The notes: generated from the sequence alone by a model not told the origin. Positions 10,827 to 21,171 are shown, counted from the first letter of the stretch. The stretch: DNA of 64,000 bases from Actinomycetales bacterium (GCA_018969715.1 JAGWXT010000004.1:77921-141920), one strand, 5' to 3'. Numbers and translations are program-made.

Positions 10827-11817
10827 TCGGGTCGCCCGGCCGGAACGGACGCCGGGCGGGCATCCCGCACACCTCGCTGAACCGCGCCGGGGGCAATCCC
10901 CCCGCCGGCCGAATCGAGGCGATGTTGTCGGCGGTGAAAACCTCGCCAACGCTGATGTCACGGACCGCACGCAACGATGGTCGGAATGCCAGCGATGCCC
11001 GCTCCCCCGGCGATGGCCCGAAGCGAGCGGAACCGAGCGCGGCGTGCGCATCACGGACCGCTGCCACCAGCGCAGCAAACTCCGCCGGCTCCGCGGAGAA
11101 GGCCGCATCCGGACCCCCGTCACTCCGGCTCAGGATCAGGTGTTTCTCAATGACCTGCGCGCCGAGGGCGGTTGCCGTAACCGCGGCAACATGTCCGAGA
11201 GTGTGGTCGGACAGGCCCACCGGCACGCCCCAGCGCTCGGCCATGACCGGAATCGCCCGCAGATCCATCTGCGACACAACCGCCGGATAAGCCGAATTGC
11301 ATCGCAACAGGGTGACCTGCGCCGCACCGGCGTCATGTGCGGTGCGCACCGCGTCATCGATCTCCTGCTCGCTCGCCATACCCGTCGAGATGAGCATCGG
11401 CCTGCCGGTCGCCGCGGCATGCGCAATGAGCGGCAGGTCGACGATCTCAAAGGAGGCGATCTTGTAGGACGGGCAGGCGAAACCTTCAAGAAAGTCCACC
11501 GATGTCTCGTCGAAGACCGATGACAACCACTGGATTCCCGCCGCCTCTGCCGCACCCACAAGCGTTGGCGTCCACTCCCACGGCGTTGCGGCCTCGGCGT
11601 AGAGGTCGGCCAGTTCCCGGCCATCCCAGAGCGTGCCACCGCCAACCCGGAAATCCGGATGCTCCGAGCGAACAGTGATCGTCGCCGGGGTGTAGTGCTG
11701 GAACTTCACTGCTGTCGCCCCACTGTCCGCGGCCACCCGAATCAATTCCACCGCCCGCTCAAGCCCACCGTTGTGATTGGCGGAAACTTCCGCGATGACC
11801 ATCGGCAGAGCGGTCAT
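10801..11817 (-). CDS. pseI: pseudaminic acid synthase
   Basis: IAEVSANHNG, AVKFQ.YT, YKIASFEI, ISTGMA, GLSDHTLG, IEKH, DAAFS motifs and a C-terminal SAF domain. Confidence 0.92.
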   Translation of the reverse strand: MTALPMVIAEVSANHNGGLERAVELIRVAADSGATAVKFQHYTPATITVRSEHPDFRVGGGTLWDGRELADLYAEAATPWEWTPTLVGAAEAAGIQWLSSVFDETSVDFLEGFACPSYKIASFEIVDLPLIAHAAATGRPMLISTGMASEQEIDDAVRTAHDAGAAQVTLLRCNSAYPAVVSQMDLRAIPVMAERWGVPVGLSDHTLGHVAAVTATALGAQVIEKHLILSRSDGGPDAAFSAEPAEFAALVAAVRDAHAALGSARFGPSPGERASLAFRPSLRAVRDISVGEVFTADNIASIRPAGGLPPARFSEVCGMPARRPFRPGDPIMEEDCRH

Positions 11818-12473
11818 GGGCGCGCCACGCTCCCCACATTTGACCCGTGATTCGCCGACCAACGAGATCCGGAGATCAACTGGATCGAGCGTTCACGACA
11901 CGTTGCCACAACCGCTGGACGCTCTAGACGCCACCTGTCGGCACTCAGATGGAGCACAAGGAGTGCACCAGCCTCAACCGGCGCGGGCATCAGATCATCC
12001 TCGCGAGGCGGCTCACCGCGAAAGCCGAGCCGGCCATAAAGCGCCCGAGCCCGGGCATTCTGTGCGAAGACCTCGCACGTCACCTGCACTAGGGAGTGCG
12101 CGAAAGCCTCATCAAGGCTGAGCGTTGCCGCAGCGAGACCGATGCCTCGACCCGCAACGGTCGGCTGCCCAAGGTAGATGCCCCATGATCCAGTGTCGTA
12201 GTTCGCCGGGAGTGCGTCGGTGTCCTGCTCATCCCGTCCCCCCACCTGAAGACTTCGCGTCAGGGTGACGAGCCCGACATCCACACCGTCAGCGACGATA
12301 ACTCGGGCGACATGCCGCGGTGAGATCAGCTGCCTGCCAAACCACACCCGGTGCTCTTCCTCGCCGATGATGTGCTGAGTTACGGAGTTCTCGCGAACCC
12401 AGGGCGAGTTCCGCCATGAACGCAGTTGGTTCATGTCACGAGTCTCAATTGGCCGCAGGCGCACAGCGATCAC
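11814..12473 (-). CDS. pseH: GNAT N-acetyltransferase of the Pse pathway
   Basis: LRSWRNSPWVR..HIIGEEEHRVWF, SWGIYL, CEVFAQNARARALYGRLGF; lies between pseG and pseI with overlapping start/stop codons. Confidence 0.8.
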   Translation of the reverse strand: MIAVRLRPIETRDMNQLRSWRNSPWVRENSVTQHIIGEEEHRVWFGRQLISPRHVARVIVADGVDVGLVTLTRSLQVGGRDEQDTDALPANYDTGSWGIYLGQPTVAGRGIGLAAATLSLDEAFAHSLVQVTCEVFAQNARARALYGRLGFRGEPPREDDLMPAPVEAGALLVLHLSADRWRLERPAVVATCRERSIQLISGSRWSANHGSNVGSVARP

Positions 12474-13537
12474 GCGAGCACCGCCGAGATGGCAGCAGCG
12501 ATCCGCTCCGCTCCGCGACCATCGATGACTTGGACGCCGTCGACTCCACGATCGCCGTTTGCCCCGTGACTGGCCCGGCCGGTACCCGGCCTCCCGCCAG
12601 CTACGGGCCCGGCGCGTCCGGGTCTCGCGGTAGCACACGCGTCGGTGACTGCGGCCAGCGTCATTGCCGGGTCATCTGGATCGACGGCAACAGCGGCAAC
12701 ACCCCAGCCGGCCGCCGCCCGCGCGATCTGCAGGTGGATGTCCTGCGTGCACACGGCCACCACCGGGGTGCGCAGGAAGCAGGCCTCCCAGAGCGTGATT
12801 CCCGCTCCGAGAACGGCCACACTGCTCGTTCGAAGGGCGCTCGGCAGATCGACCGGTTCGAGGCAGGAAATCCCGGCGCCACCAGCGAGTCGTGCTCGCA
12901 CCTCCGAAGACCGCGCGTTCACCTCGCCGATGACGACCCGAACCTGCCAACCTCCTTCAGCCAACGCCAGCGCCAACGGCTCGGTCAGCGCCTGCGGGTC
13001 GGCACCGCCAAGGCTGAGGCAGATGGTGTCCGAGTCACGATCGACACCGCCCACCAGGGAGCGGACCTCAGGCCGAATCAGGGTGTAACCGGATCCGATG
13101 AGCAGCATCGACGAGGGGAGGTGGGCGTAGGTTCCCCCGGCGGCACCTGGGTTGTGGTCAATGAGCAGCACTGGTTCCCTCGCCGATGACATCGCCTCGT
13201 CGTCGATGACGGCATAGGGAATCCCGGCAGCCGTGAGGCATTCGAAGTCGGCAGGCGCAAGGTGATACGCGTCCGTGATGACGAGGTCCGGCCGCAGCGC
13301 GCACAGGGCCGCGACACCAGCATCCGGAACTGCGGTCGCGCAGGTCACGAGGCTGAAGTTCTCATCGCGCAGCCGTTGGGCAACTGCATCGGGAACGCCG
13401 GCAGAAATGAGGGTTACGTGGTAGCCCTGCTCGAGCAGGGCCAGACCGAGGGTCCGGCAGCGCATGACGTGACCCATGCCGATGCGGCTGGACATGTCCG
13501 CGCGAATTGCCACCTGATGGGGATGCCGCCCGGCCAC
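12470..13537 (-). CDS. pseG: UDP-2,4-diacetamido-2,4,6-trideoxy-beta-L-altropyranose hydrolase
   Basis: IRADMSSRIGMGHVMRC, TDAY, IDD, LIRPE, SLGGADP, GAGITLWE, DGRGAERI motifs. Confidence 0.87.
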   Translation of the reverse strand: MAGRHPHQVAIRADMSSRIGMGHVMRCRTLGLALLEQGYHVTLISAGVPDAVAQRLRDENFSLVTCATAVPDAGVAALCALRPDLVITDAYHLAPADFECLTAAGIPYAVIDDEAMSSAREPVLLIDHNPGAAGGTYAHLPSSMLLIGSGYTLIRPEVRSLVGGVDRDSDTICLSLGGADPQALTEPLALALAEGGWQVRVVIGEVNARSSEVRARLAGGAGISCLEPVDLPSALRTSSVAVLGAGITLWEACFLRTPVVAVCTQDIHLQIARAAAGWGVAAVAVDPDDPAMTLAAVTDACATARPGRAGPVAGGRPGTGRASHGANGDRGVDGVQVIDGRGAERIAAAISAVLA

Positions 13538-13543
13538 GGCCGA

Positions 13544-14650
13544 TCAGTCCACCGGATCGGTGACGGCTGTCGCGAGCGCGTCGATGACCCGGTCCTGCTC
13601 GACATTGCTGAGCAGCGGAAACAGCGGCAGGCTCAACAGCCCGGAGTAGACCTCATCACAGGTGGGTGCGCTGTCCCAACCCGGTCGCAGCCGCGGTGTG
13701 ACGGAGTGGTGATGGACCGGGACGTAGTGAACCTGCACCCCGATACCGGCGAGCCGGAGGCGGTCGTAGACCTGCCGACGACTGCCGACGCGTACGGCGA
13801 ACAGGTGGTAGGAGTGCCGAGCGCCGGCCGGGGCCGCCGGCGGCAACTCGACCGGCAGGTCGGCGAGCGCGGTGCGGTAGCGGTCGGCGAGTTCGCCCCG
13901 TCGCTGGGTGAACTCCTCCAGTCGACGCAACTGCGACAGCCCGAGCGCAGCCTGGATATCGGTCAGCCGGTAGTTGAAGCCAAGTGACGCTGCGTCGTAC
14001 ACCCACCCGCCCCGCGCCGGGTCCCGGATGATCCCGTGGCTGCGGAATGCCCGCAACCGATCGGCGAGGCGATCGTCATTGGTCGTCACCATTCCGCCCT
14101 CGCCGGAGGTGATCGGCTTGACGGGGTGGAAGGAGAACACGCACATGTCACTGTGCGCGCAGTTGCCGACCGGTCCGTCCGGGGTCACCGCGCCGAGCGC
14201 ATGGGAGGCGTCCTCGATCACCACCCGGGGGCGATGCGCCAGGCGGGTCAGGTCCATGGGCAGTCCCGCATAGTGGACGGCGATAAGTGCGTCCACCGCC
14301 GGTACCAGCGTGGGGTCGGTGTTCCACGTGCGGGCATCGATGTCCACGACGCCGATGTCGGCGCCGACGTAGCGAGCGCAGTTGGCGCTGGCGATGAAGG
14401 TCAGGGGCGACGTGACGACGAAGTCCCCGGTGCCAAGGTCACCCGCAGCGCACGCCGCATGCAGCCCGGCAGTCGCCGAGGAGAACGAGACCGCGTGACG
14501 AGCGCCGACACTGTGCGCAACGGCCACCTCGAACCGCTCCACTGTCGGCCCCTGGGTGAGCCAGTCCCCGGCAAGAACGGCCGCGACAGCCGCTCGGTCA
14601 TCCTCGTCCACCCACTGCCGTCCGTACGGGATCAGCGGTGCCTCGGTCAA
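13544..14650 (-). CDS. pseC: UDP-4-amino-4,6-dideoxy-N-acetyl-beta-L-altrosamine transaminase (DegT family)
   Basis: IPYGRQ, WLTQGP, SSATAGLH, IEDASHALG, FSFHPVKPITSGEGG motifs. TTG start is inferred. Confidence 0.9.
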   Translation of the reverse strand: MTEAPLIPYGRQWVDEDDRAAVAAVLAGDWLTQGPTVERFEVAVAHSVGARHAVSFSSATAGLHAACAAGDLGTGDFVVTSPLTFIASANCARYVGADIGVVDIDARTWNTDPTLVPAVDALIAVHYAGLPMDLTRLAHRPRVVIEDASHALGAVTPDGPVGNCAHSDMCVFSFHPVKPITSGEGGMVTTNDDRLADRLRAFRSHGIIRDPARGGWVYDAASLGFNYRLTDIQAALGLSQLRRLEEFTQRRGELADRYRTALADLPVELPPAAPAGARHSYHLFAVRVGSRRQVYDRLRLAGIGVQVHYVPVHHHSVTPRLRPGWDSAPTCDEVYSGLLSLPLFPLLSNVEQDRVIDALATAVTDPVD

Positions 14651-14678
14651 CGCTTCCCCCGATGGCGACGGTTGCGCC

Positions 14679-15707
14679 TCATGGCATCCCGGTCTCGGCG
14701 GCGACCAGGGTGCGCAACTGGTCGACACTGAGCAAATCGGGGTTGGTATCGGAGGTGTACTCGAAACCGACGGGTACCGGAACCGCGCCCAGTTCGTCCA
14801 CGTAGCGCCGCCGCAGCCGGTCATCGCCACTGGGCAGGATCAGGTAGACCCCTGCATAGGCCACGGTGGACACGCTGTCGGCGCTGGTGATCATGGCCTC
14901 ATGCACCTTCTCACCCGGCCGGATCCCGACGATCTCCTGCCGGCACTCCGGGGCGATCGCGGTGGCCAGGTCGACCACCCGCAGTGCGGGGATCCGCGGC
15001 ACGATGATCTCACCGCCCAAGGCGTGTGCGATCGCCCAGAGCACCAGATCCACGCCCTCGTCGAGGGTGATGGAGAATCGCGTCATCGCCGGGTCGGTGA
15101 TGGGCAGCACCCCCGAGGGACGCTGCGACCGGAAGAACGGGACGACGGATCCGCGGCTGTTGAGCACATTGCCGTAGCGGACGACGCTGAAGCGGATGTC
15201 CTGGGCACCCCGCGAGGTGTTCGCTGCGACGAACAGCTTGTCGGAGGCGAGCTTGGTCGCCCCGTAGAGGTTGATCGGCGCCGCCGCCTTGTCGGTTGAC
15301 AGTGCGACCACCCGGCTGACCCCGGTGTCAAGGGCTGCCTCGATGACGTTCTGGGCGCCGATGACATTCGTGCGCACCGCCTCGAACGGGTTGTACTCGG
15401 CGGCCGGCACCTGCTTGAGGGCGGCAGCATGGACGACAATGTCGATCCCCCGCATGGCTCGCCGCAGTCGATCGGCATCCCGGACATCCCCGAGGAAGAA
15501 GCGCAGGATGTTCCCCGGGTCCGCCAACTCCGGTGAGGTGTCCATCTCGAACTGCTTGAGCTCATCGCGGCTGTAGACCACCAGCCGGCGCGGCGCGTAG
15601 TCATGGAAGACCCGCTGCACGAAGCGCCGCCCGAAGGAGCCGGTGCCGCCGGTGATGAGCAGTGAGCGGCCAGCAAGGGCATCGGCCAGGGCCGCATCGG
15701 GAATCAC
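14679..15707 (-). CDS. pseB: UDP-N-acetylglucosamine 4,6-dehydratase (inverting)
   Basis: ITGGTGSFG, YSRDELKQ, HAAALKQVPAAEYNPFE, LSTDKA, NLYGATKL, RYGNV, GIRPGEK motifs. Confidence 0.93.
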   Translation of the reverse strand: MIPDAALADALAGRSLLITGGTGSFGRRFVQRVFHDYAPRRLVVYSRDELKQFEMDTSPELADPGNILRFFLGDVRDADRLRRAMRGIDIVVHAAALKQVPAAEYNPFEAVRTNVIGAQNVIEAALDTGVSRVVALSTDKAAAPINLYGATKLASDKLFVAANTSRGAQDIRFSVVRYGNVLNSRGSVVPFFRSQRPSGVLPITDPAMTRFSITLDEGVDLVLWAIAHALGGEIIVPRIPALRVVDLATAIAPECRQEIVGIRPGEKVHEAMITSADSVSTVAYAGVYLILPSGDDRLRRRYVDELGAVPVPVGFEYTSDTNPDLLSVDQLRTLVAAETGMP

Positions 15708-15800
15708 CCGCCTATTCTCCCCTACGGCAGCACGATGGCGGGAAGCGACCTACCATGGCAGGACGCGGCGGCTGGCCGCCCCGCAGCCTAGGGAGGCCCC

Positions 15801-16949
15801 ATGGACGACCTGTTCACCCTGCCAGCCGAGTACGAGGAGCTGCGGTCGGTTGTGCGCACCCTCGCCGAGGAGCGGATCGCCCCTCATGCCGCGGCCGTCG
15901 ACCGCGAGGCCCGATTCCCGGCCGAGGCCAATGACGCGCTGATTGCGGCAGGCTTCCACGCCGCCCATGTGCCGGCGGCGTACGGCGGCGAGGGGGCGGA
16001 TGCGCTCGCGGTCTGCCTCATCATCGAGGAGGTTGCGCGCGTATGCGGATCGTCCTCGCTGATCCCGGCGGTGAACAAGCTCGGATCCCTGCCCGTGATC
16101 CTCGCCGGCACCCCGCAGCAGCAGGCCGAGTACCTCACCCCGTTGGCGCGGGGGGAGGCGATGTTCTCGTACTGCCTCAGCGAGACGGACGCCGGCTCGG
16201 ATGCGGTGGCCCTGCGCACCCGCGCGGTACCGGATGGCACCGGGTGGCGGCTGACCGGCGCCAAGAAGTGGATCACCAACGCCGGCGAGTCCCGGTATTA
16301 CACGGTCATGGCGACCAGTGATCCGGCCCTGCGCAGTCGAGGGATCAGCGCATTCATCGTCGATTCGGAGGATCCGGGGGTCTCCTTCGGCGCACCGGAG
16401 CACAAACTCGGGATCAAGGGATCCCCCACCCGAGAGGTCTACTTCGACGATGTGCCGCTGCCGGCAGAGCGCCTGCTCGGTGAGCCTGGGACTGGGTTCG
16501 GGCTGGCCATGCGGGTGCTCGACCACACGCGGATCACGATCGCCGCGCAGGCGGTCGGCCTGGCGCAGGGGGCCTTGGACGCCGCCGTGGCCTACCTTCG
16601 GCAGCGGCAGCAGTTCGGACGCCCGCTCTCGGAATTCCAGGGCCTGCAGTTCATGGTCGCCGACATGGGCATGAAACTCGCGGCCGCGCGCATGCTCACC
16701 TACGCGGCCGCGGCGCGCAGTGAGCGGTCGGCGCCGGATCTGACCTGGTTTGGGGCGGCGAGCAAGTGCTTCGCGTCCGACGTTGCGATGAGCGTGACCA
16801 CCGATGCGGTCCAGTTGCTCGGCGGTTACGGCTACACCAGCGACTTCCCCGTTGAGCGGATGATGCGCGATGCGAAGATCACGCAGATCTACGAGGGGAC
16901 CAATCAGATCCAGCGCATCGTCATGGCGCGCCACCTGCTCGCCGACTGA
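15801..16949 (+). CDS. acyl-CoA dehydrogenase
   Basis: YCLSETDAGSD, KKWITN, KLGIKGSPT, RQQFG, QLLGGYGY, KITQIYEGTNQIQR motifs. Confidence 0.95.
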   Translation: MDDLFTLPAEYEELRSVVRTLAEERIAPHAAAVDREARFPAEANDALIAAGFHAAHVPAAYGGEGADALAVCLIIEEVARVCGSSSLIPAVNKLGSLPVILAGTPQQQAEYLTPLARGEAMFSYCLSETDAGSDAVALRTRAVPDGTGWRLTGAKKWITNAGESRYYTVMATSDPALRSRGISAFIVDSEDPGVSFGAPEHKLGIKGSPTREVYFDDVPLPAERLLGEPGTGFGLAMRVLDHTRITIAAQAVGLAQGALDAAVAYLRQRQQFGRPLSEFQGLQFMVADMGMKLAAARMLTYAAAARSERSAPDLTWFGAASKCFASDVAMSVTTDAVQLLGGYGYTSDFPVERMMRDAKITQIYEGTNQIQRIVMARHLLAD

Positions 16950-16982
16950 CCACGGCTGGCAGGCAACGCCAAGGGCGGCCGA

Positions 16983-17678
16983 TCATGCTGCTCGACCCCT
17001 CGGCTGCCGTCCCTGCTTGGCCTGCGAGGCGTAGATGTCGACGTACTCCTGCCCCGAGAGCTTCATGATCGCGTACATGATCTCGTCGGTGACCGAGCGG
17101 AGGATGTAGCGGTCTCCCGCCATTCCCTGATACCGATCGAAGGTGAGGGGTGCACCGATGCGCATCCCGGCCCGGGCGATCCGCGGCATCAGCTGACCGG
17201 CCGGCTGGATCTCGTAGGTTCCGATCATGGCCACCGGGATCACGGGGACTCGCGCCTCCAGGGCAAGCCGCGCCACCCCCGTGCGCCCTCGGTAGAGCCG
17301 GCCGTCGGGGGAGCGCGTCCCCTCCGGGTAGATCCCCAGCAGGTTCCCGCCGCTGAGCACCCGCAGGCCCGCGTTCAGTGCATCATCGCTGGCCGATCCG
17401 CCGGAACGGTCGATCGGCACCTGCCCGGCACCGGCGAAGAACCCCCGGGTGAGCGCACCGGCGACACCGGGTCGGGTGAAGTAGTCCGCCTTTGCCAGGA
17501 AGATGATCTGCCTGGGCACCATGACCGGCAGGAAGAAGCTGTCCGAGAACGACAGGTGATTGGACGCGAGGATGGCAGGCCCCTGACGGGGGATGTTCGA
17601 CAGCCCCTCCGCCCACGGCCGGAAGACCGCCTTCAGCCACGGACCAATCCCAGCGTGCTTCATGACCCAGTAGAGCAC
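16983..17678 (-). CDS. plsC: 1-acyl-sn-glycerol-3-phosphate acyltransferase
   Basis: SNHLSFSD, FLAK..YF, IYPEGTRS motifs. Confidence 0.9.
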   Translation of the reverse strand: MLYWVMKHAGIGPWLKAVFRPWAEGLSNIPRQGPAILASNHLSFSDSFFLPVMVPRQIIFLAKADYFTRPGVAGALTRGFFAGAGQVPIDRSGGSASDDALNAGLRVLSGGNLLGIYPEGTRSPDGRLYRGRTGVARLALEARVPVIPVAMIGTYEIQPAGQLMPRIARAGMRIGAPLTFDRYQGMAGDRYILRSVTDEIMYAIMKLSGQEYVDIYASQAKQGRQPRGRAA

Positions 17679-17726
17679 CGGTCACCTCCCGGGTCACCGT
17701 AGCGGCCGACGTGGGACGATGCCGCC

Positions 17727-18506
17727 ATGACCATCCGCGCGGGTGCCGAGCCGTTCGCCCACCGGCCCGCAGGTCGCAGCCGGATCGGCGTCCTGCTGCT
17801 GCACGGCTTCACCGGCTCACCGGCCGCCGTGCGGCCATGGGGTCAGTTCCTCGCCGGGCAGGGACTGGCAGTCGAGGTGCCACTGCTGCCCGGCCATGGC
17901 ACCTCATGGCGCGCCCTCAATCGGACGACCTGGCAGGACTGGTACGCCGAGGCCGAGCGCGCATTCCTCGGCCTGCGGGAGCATTGCGATGAGGTGCTCG
18001 TGATGGGCCTGTCGATGGGCGGCACGCTGAGCCTCCGGTTGGCCGAGGTCCATGGCACGGCGGTGGCCGGCCTTGTGCTGGTCAACCCGGCCGTGCACAC
18101 GGAGCGCCGGGATGCCGCACTGCTGCCCCTGCTCGCCCGCATCGTGCCCAGTTTCCCAGCGATCGGCAACGACATCAAGCGCGAGGGGGTCGACGAGATC
18201 GCCTACCCCCGCCTGCCGCTGCGCGCCGCGCAGTCCCTGTCCCGGCTATGGGGAGTGGTCCGTGCCGAGATCGGTCAGGTCACACAACCGCTGTTGCTGC
18301 TGCGCAGTGAGGTCGACCATGTCGTGGAGCCGAGCAATGCCCGGTGGATCCTCAGTCATGTGCACTCGGTGGACATCACGGTGATCGTCCTACCCAACTC
18401 CTTCCATGTGGCCACCCTCGACAATGACGCCCCCACGATCCACCGCGAGTCCGTGTCCTTCATCTCGCGAGTCACCGGGTGGCAGCCGGATCCCGCGGGT
18501 GACTGA
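17727..18506 (+). CDS. alpha/beta hydrolase (carboxylesterase / monoacylglycerol lipase-like)
   Basis: LLHGFTGS, LPGHGT, GLSMGG, DHVV, SFHVATLD catalytic triad motifs. Confidence 0.9.
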   Translation: MTIRAGAEPFAHRPAGRSRIGVLLLHGFTGSPAAVRPWGQFLAGQGLAVEVPLLPGHGTSWRALNRTTWQDWYAEAERAFLGLREHCDEVLVMGLSMGGTLSLRLAEVHGTAVAGLVLVNPAVHTERRDAALLPLLARIVPSFPAIGNDIKREGVDEIAYPRLPLRAAQSLSRLWGVVRAEIGQVTQPLLLLRSEVDHVVEPSNARWILSHVHSVDITVIVLPNSFHVATLDNDAPTIHRESVSFISRVTGWQPDPAGD

Positions 18507-19179
18507 GCCAACCGGGGCGGCGCGGCTGGGCTGGGTGGCTGTCGTCGACCTGGCACGCGGCCACCTGACGGCGGCGGTGAGCCTGCTGACGGAGGCGGGA
18601 ATCAGCGTGCACACGACCCCCACGGCCGATGAGATGACGAGGGTGTGGGTCGATCGCACCGATGCCAGTGATGCGCGCATCGTGCTGGGAACCCACCTGC
18701 CCCAGTTGCGGGGCGCATTCCTGGACCTGCCCCCTGCTGGATCCCCCGCGACCCTGCCCGCGGATCGCCCCGGCGACCTCAGCCGTGCACAGGTCGACCA
18801 GGCGTGGGCCGGCATCGTCGAGGAGTTGGGCGACCTCGGGCAGGCCGGCCCGGTGGATGAGCAGCGCACGACGCTGGACAGCATCGCCACCCCGGCACGC
18901 ACCGATGACGGCCCCAGCCTCGACCTGGTCGACCTCGACCGCGTGGAGCACTTCGTGCCGCCCGAGCCGCCACCGCTGCCCCGCCCGGACCCGCGGATGC
19001 GGTGGGCGTGGGCCGCCCTCATCGGGGGCCCCTGTCTGCTCATCGGCTGGCGGCTGCTCGGCTGGCCGATGGCCGCACCTGTGGTGCTGATCGCTCTGGC
19101 CGGGTTCGTCGGCGGTGGCGTGGCTCTGCTCAGCCGGGTGCGGGAACGCGATCCCGGCGATGATGGTGCCATCGTCTGA
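18499..19179 (+). CDS. conserved actinobacterial membrane protein
   Basis: DQAWAGIV, EHFVPPEPPPLP, two TM segments and a C-terminal DDGAIV; GTG overlaps the end of the esterase. Confidence 0.7.
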   Translation: MTEPTGAARLGWVAVVDLARGHLTAAVSLLTEAGISVHTTPTADEMTRVWVDRTDASDARIVLGTHLPQLRGAFLDLPPAGSPATLPADRPGDLSRAQVDQAWAGIVEELGDLGQAGPVDEQRTTLDSIATPARTDDGPSLDLVDLDRVEHFVPPEPPPLPRPDPRMRWAWAALIGGPCLLIGWRLLGWPMAAPVVLIALAGFVGGGVALLSRVRERDPGDDGAIV

Positions 19180-19206
19180 CCTGCCGCGAGATCCCCCGGG
19201 CTGCCG

Positions 19207-20049
19207 TCAGTGGGCGGCCCCGCGGGCAACGCCGAGCAGGCTGTCCACGGCCACCGGTCGGCCGGTCATGAGCAGGATCTGGGCGCATGCCTGATGGACC
19301 AGCATGTCCACCCCCGCAACGACCTGACCACCAGCCTGCTGCCAGGCGCTTGCCAGCGGCGTGGGCCAGGGACGGTACGCGACATCCAGCAGCATGCCCG
19401 CGCCGACGGCCGGCACCCGGTCGATGATCGAATCGGCCGCACCGGGTGGCACCGTTGCGATGACGACGTTCGCGGTCAGGGCCCGGGCACATCCCTGCGC
19501 ATCACCGAGGTCGACCAGGTGTCCGGACACTCCGGTACCGGTGATCACCGACAGGCACTGCGCACCCGCCGCGGGATTGCGCCCGACCACGGTGAGCACC
19601 GCGGACCGCAGATCCACAGCCGCGGCACATGCCGAACGGGCAGTTGCTCCCGTCCCCAGCACGGTGACGGTAGTCGGGGCCACCCGCGCCACCCCCCGCA
19701 GGCTGCCCACGATCCCCTCGATATCGGTGTTGTGCGCCTGCCAGCCGCGCGGGCTGCGCAGGAGGGTGTTCGCTACCCCCGTCCGCTCCACACTCGGGGC
19801 GCGAGCGGCGGCGAGGAGAGCGGCGTCGACCTTGTGCGGCATCGTCACCGACAGCCCGACCCACTCATCACCGCAGCCGGCAAGGAAGGTCGAGAGCTCC
19901 CCCGGCCGCACATCGTGAGCCTCATAGGCCCAGTCGGTCAGGCCCAGGGCGCGATAGGCAGTGGTGTGAAGCAGGGGGGACAGTGAATGGCTGATCGGGT
20001 GGCCCACCACGGCGGCGCGACGCGGACCGGCAGCGATGCGGGGTGTCAC
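19207..20049 (-). CDS. aroE: shikimate dehydrogenase
   Basis: GHPISHSLSP, GLSVTMPHK, ANTL, NTD, DVAYRPWPT, MLVHQA motifs. Confidence 0.93.
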   Translation of the reverse strand: MTPRIAAGPRRAAVVGHPISHSLSPLLHTTAYRALGLTDWAYEAHDVRPGELSTFLAGCGDEWVGLSVTMPHKVDAALLAAARAPSVERTGVANTLLRSPRGWQAHNTDIEGIVGSLRGVARVAPTTVTVLGTGATARSACAAAVDLRSAVLTVVGRNPAAGAQCLSVITGTGVSGHLVDLGDAQGCARALTANVVIATVPPGAADSIIDRVPAVGAGMLLDVAYRPWPTPLASAWQQAGGQVVAGVDMLVHQACAQILLMTGRPVAVDSLLGVARGAAH

Positions 20050-21116
20050 CGGCCGGGGTTGTCCCGCCGCCAGGCGTCGAGCAGCCGCTTGTTGACGAGG
20101 AAGTCGTCATAGTCGACGCTAAATCGCGTCTCGCCGGTGTCCGGGTCGACGGTGACGAAGTACAGCCAGTCACCGTCCTCTGGGAAGAGGGCGGCCCGCA
20201 GCGCTGCCGCACCGGGGTTGCTGATGGGCGTGGGCGGCAGGCCCCGGTTGCGATACGAGTTGTAGGGCGTGTCCGTGTCGAGCTGGTCCCGTGTCAGGTT
20301 CAGCTCGTTGATGCCGAGGCCGTAGTTGACGGTGCTGTCGAACTGCAGTGGCATCCCGGCGGCCAGGCGGTTGTACACGACCTGGGCGACCTTGCCGAAG
20401 TCCTCCGGTCGACCCTCCCGCTCGACGAGGCTGGCGATGATGACCGCCTCGTATGGGGTGATGCCGCGCGCCTTCGCCCGGGCCACGAGGTCAACGTCCG
20501 CCGCGGCGGTCTCGAACCGGCGAACCATCCGGCCCAGTACGGCATCAGCAGTGGCGGCCGGGTCAAGCTCATACGTGGCGGGGAAGAGGAATCCCTCGAC
20601 ATTCTGGCCGGCATAGGCGGGCAGGCCCAGTGCCTGCGGGTTGTCGAGGACAGCCTGCAGGGACTCGGTGGACAGCCCGGTTGCATCGGCCACACGGCTC
20701 ACCACATCGGAGGCCGTACTGCCCTCGGGAATCACCACCCGGTCGACGATGCGCGTGGCAGGGTCGAGGAATCGCTCGATCGCAGCTGCGGCGCTCATCT
20801 GGCGTCGCATCAGGTACGTGCCAGCGGCGATGCCAGCCGCTCGCGGATCAGCCTCGGTTGCCCTGATGAACGCCGCCTGGCTGCGGACGACATCGGCGGT
20901 GACGAGGGTGGAACCGATCTGGCTGAGCGTCTGGCCGGGGCTGACCGAGATCGTCACCTCACCCGAGCCGGCCCCGACGTAGTCGTCGGCAGGCGGCTCG
21001 AGCAGTCGCAGACCAAGCAGGAGCAGCCCGCCGACAATCAGCAGGCCGAGCAGCACCGGGATGGCGCGCATGACCGCTCGCTGGGTGCGCACACCGCGCG
21101 GGTCGGCCTCGCTCAT
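20046..21116 (-). CDS. mltG: endolytic transglycosylase MltG
   Basis: N-terminal TM, IPEG, EGFLFPATY, IASLVERE, LQFDST, TPYNSY..GLPPTPISNPG, WLYFV. Confidence 0.93.
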   Translation of the reverse strand: MSEADPRGVRTQRAVMRAIPVLLGLLIVGGLLLLGLRLLEPPADDYVGAGSGEVTISVSPGQTLSQIGSTLVTADVVRSQAAFIRATEADPRAAGIAAGTYLMRRQMSAAAAIERFLDPATRIVDRVVIPEGSTASDVVSRVADATGLSTESLQAVLDNPQALGLPAYAGQNVEGFLFPATYELDPAATADAVLGRMVRRFETAAADVDLVARAKARGITPYEAVIIASLVEREGRPEDFGKVAQVVYNRLAAGMPLQFDSTVNYGLGINELNLTRDQLDTDTPYNSYRNRGLPPTPISNPGAAALRAALFPEDGDWLYFVTVDPDTGETRFSVDYDDFLVNKRLLDAWRRDNPGR

Positions 21117-21171
21117 GACCCCTCAGCGTAGGACGCCCCGCCCGTCGGATGCAGCACCCAGCCACCCGCCG

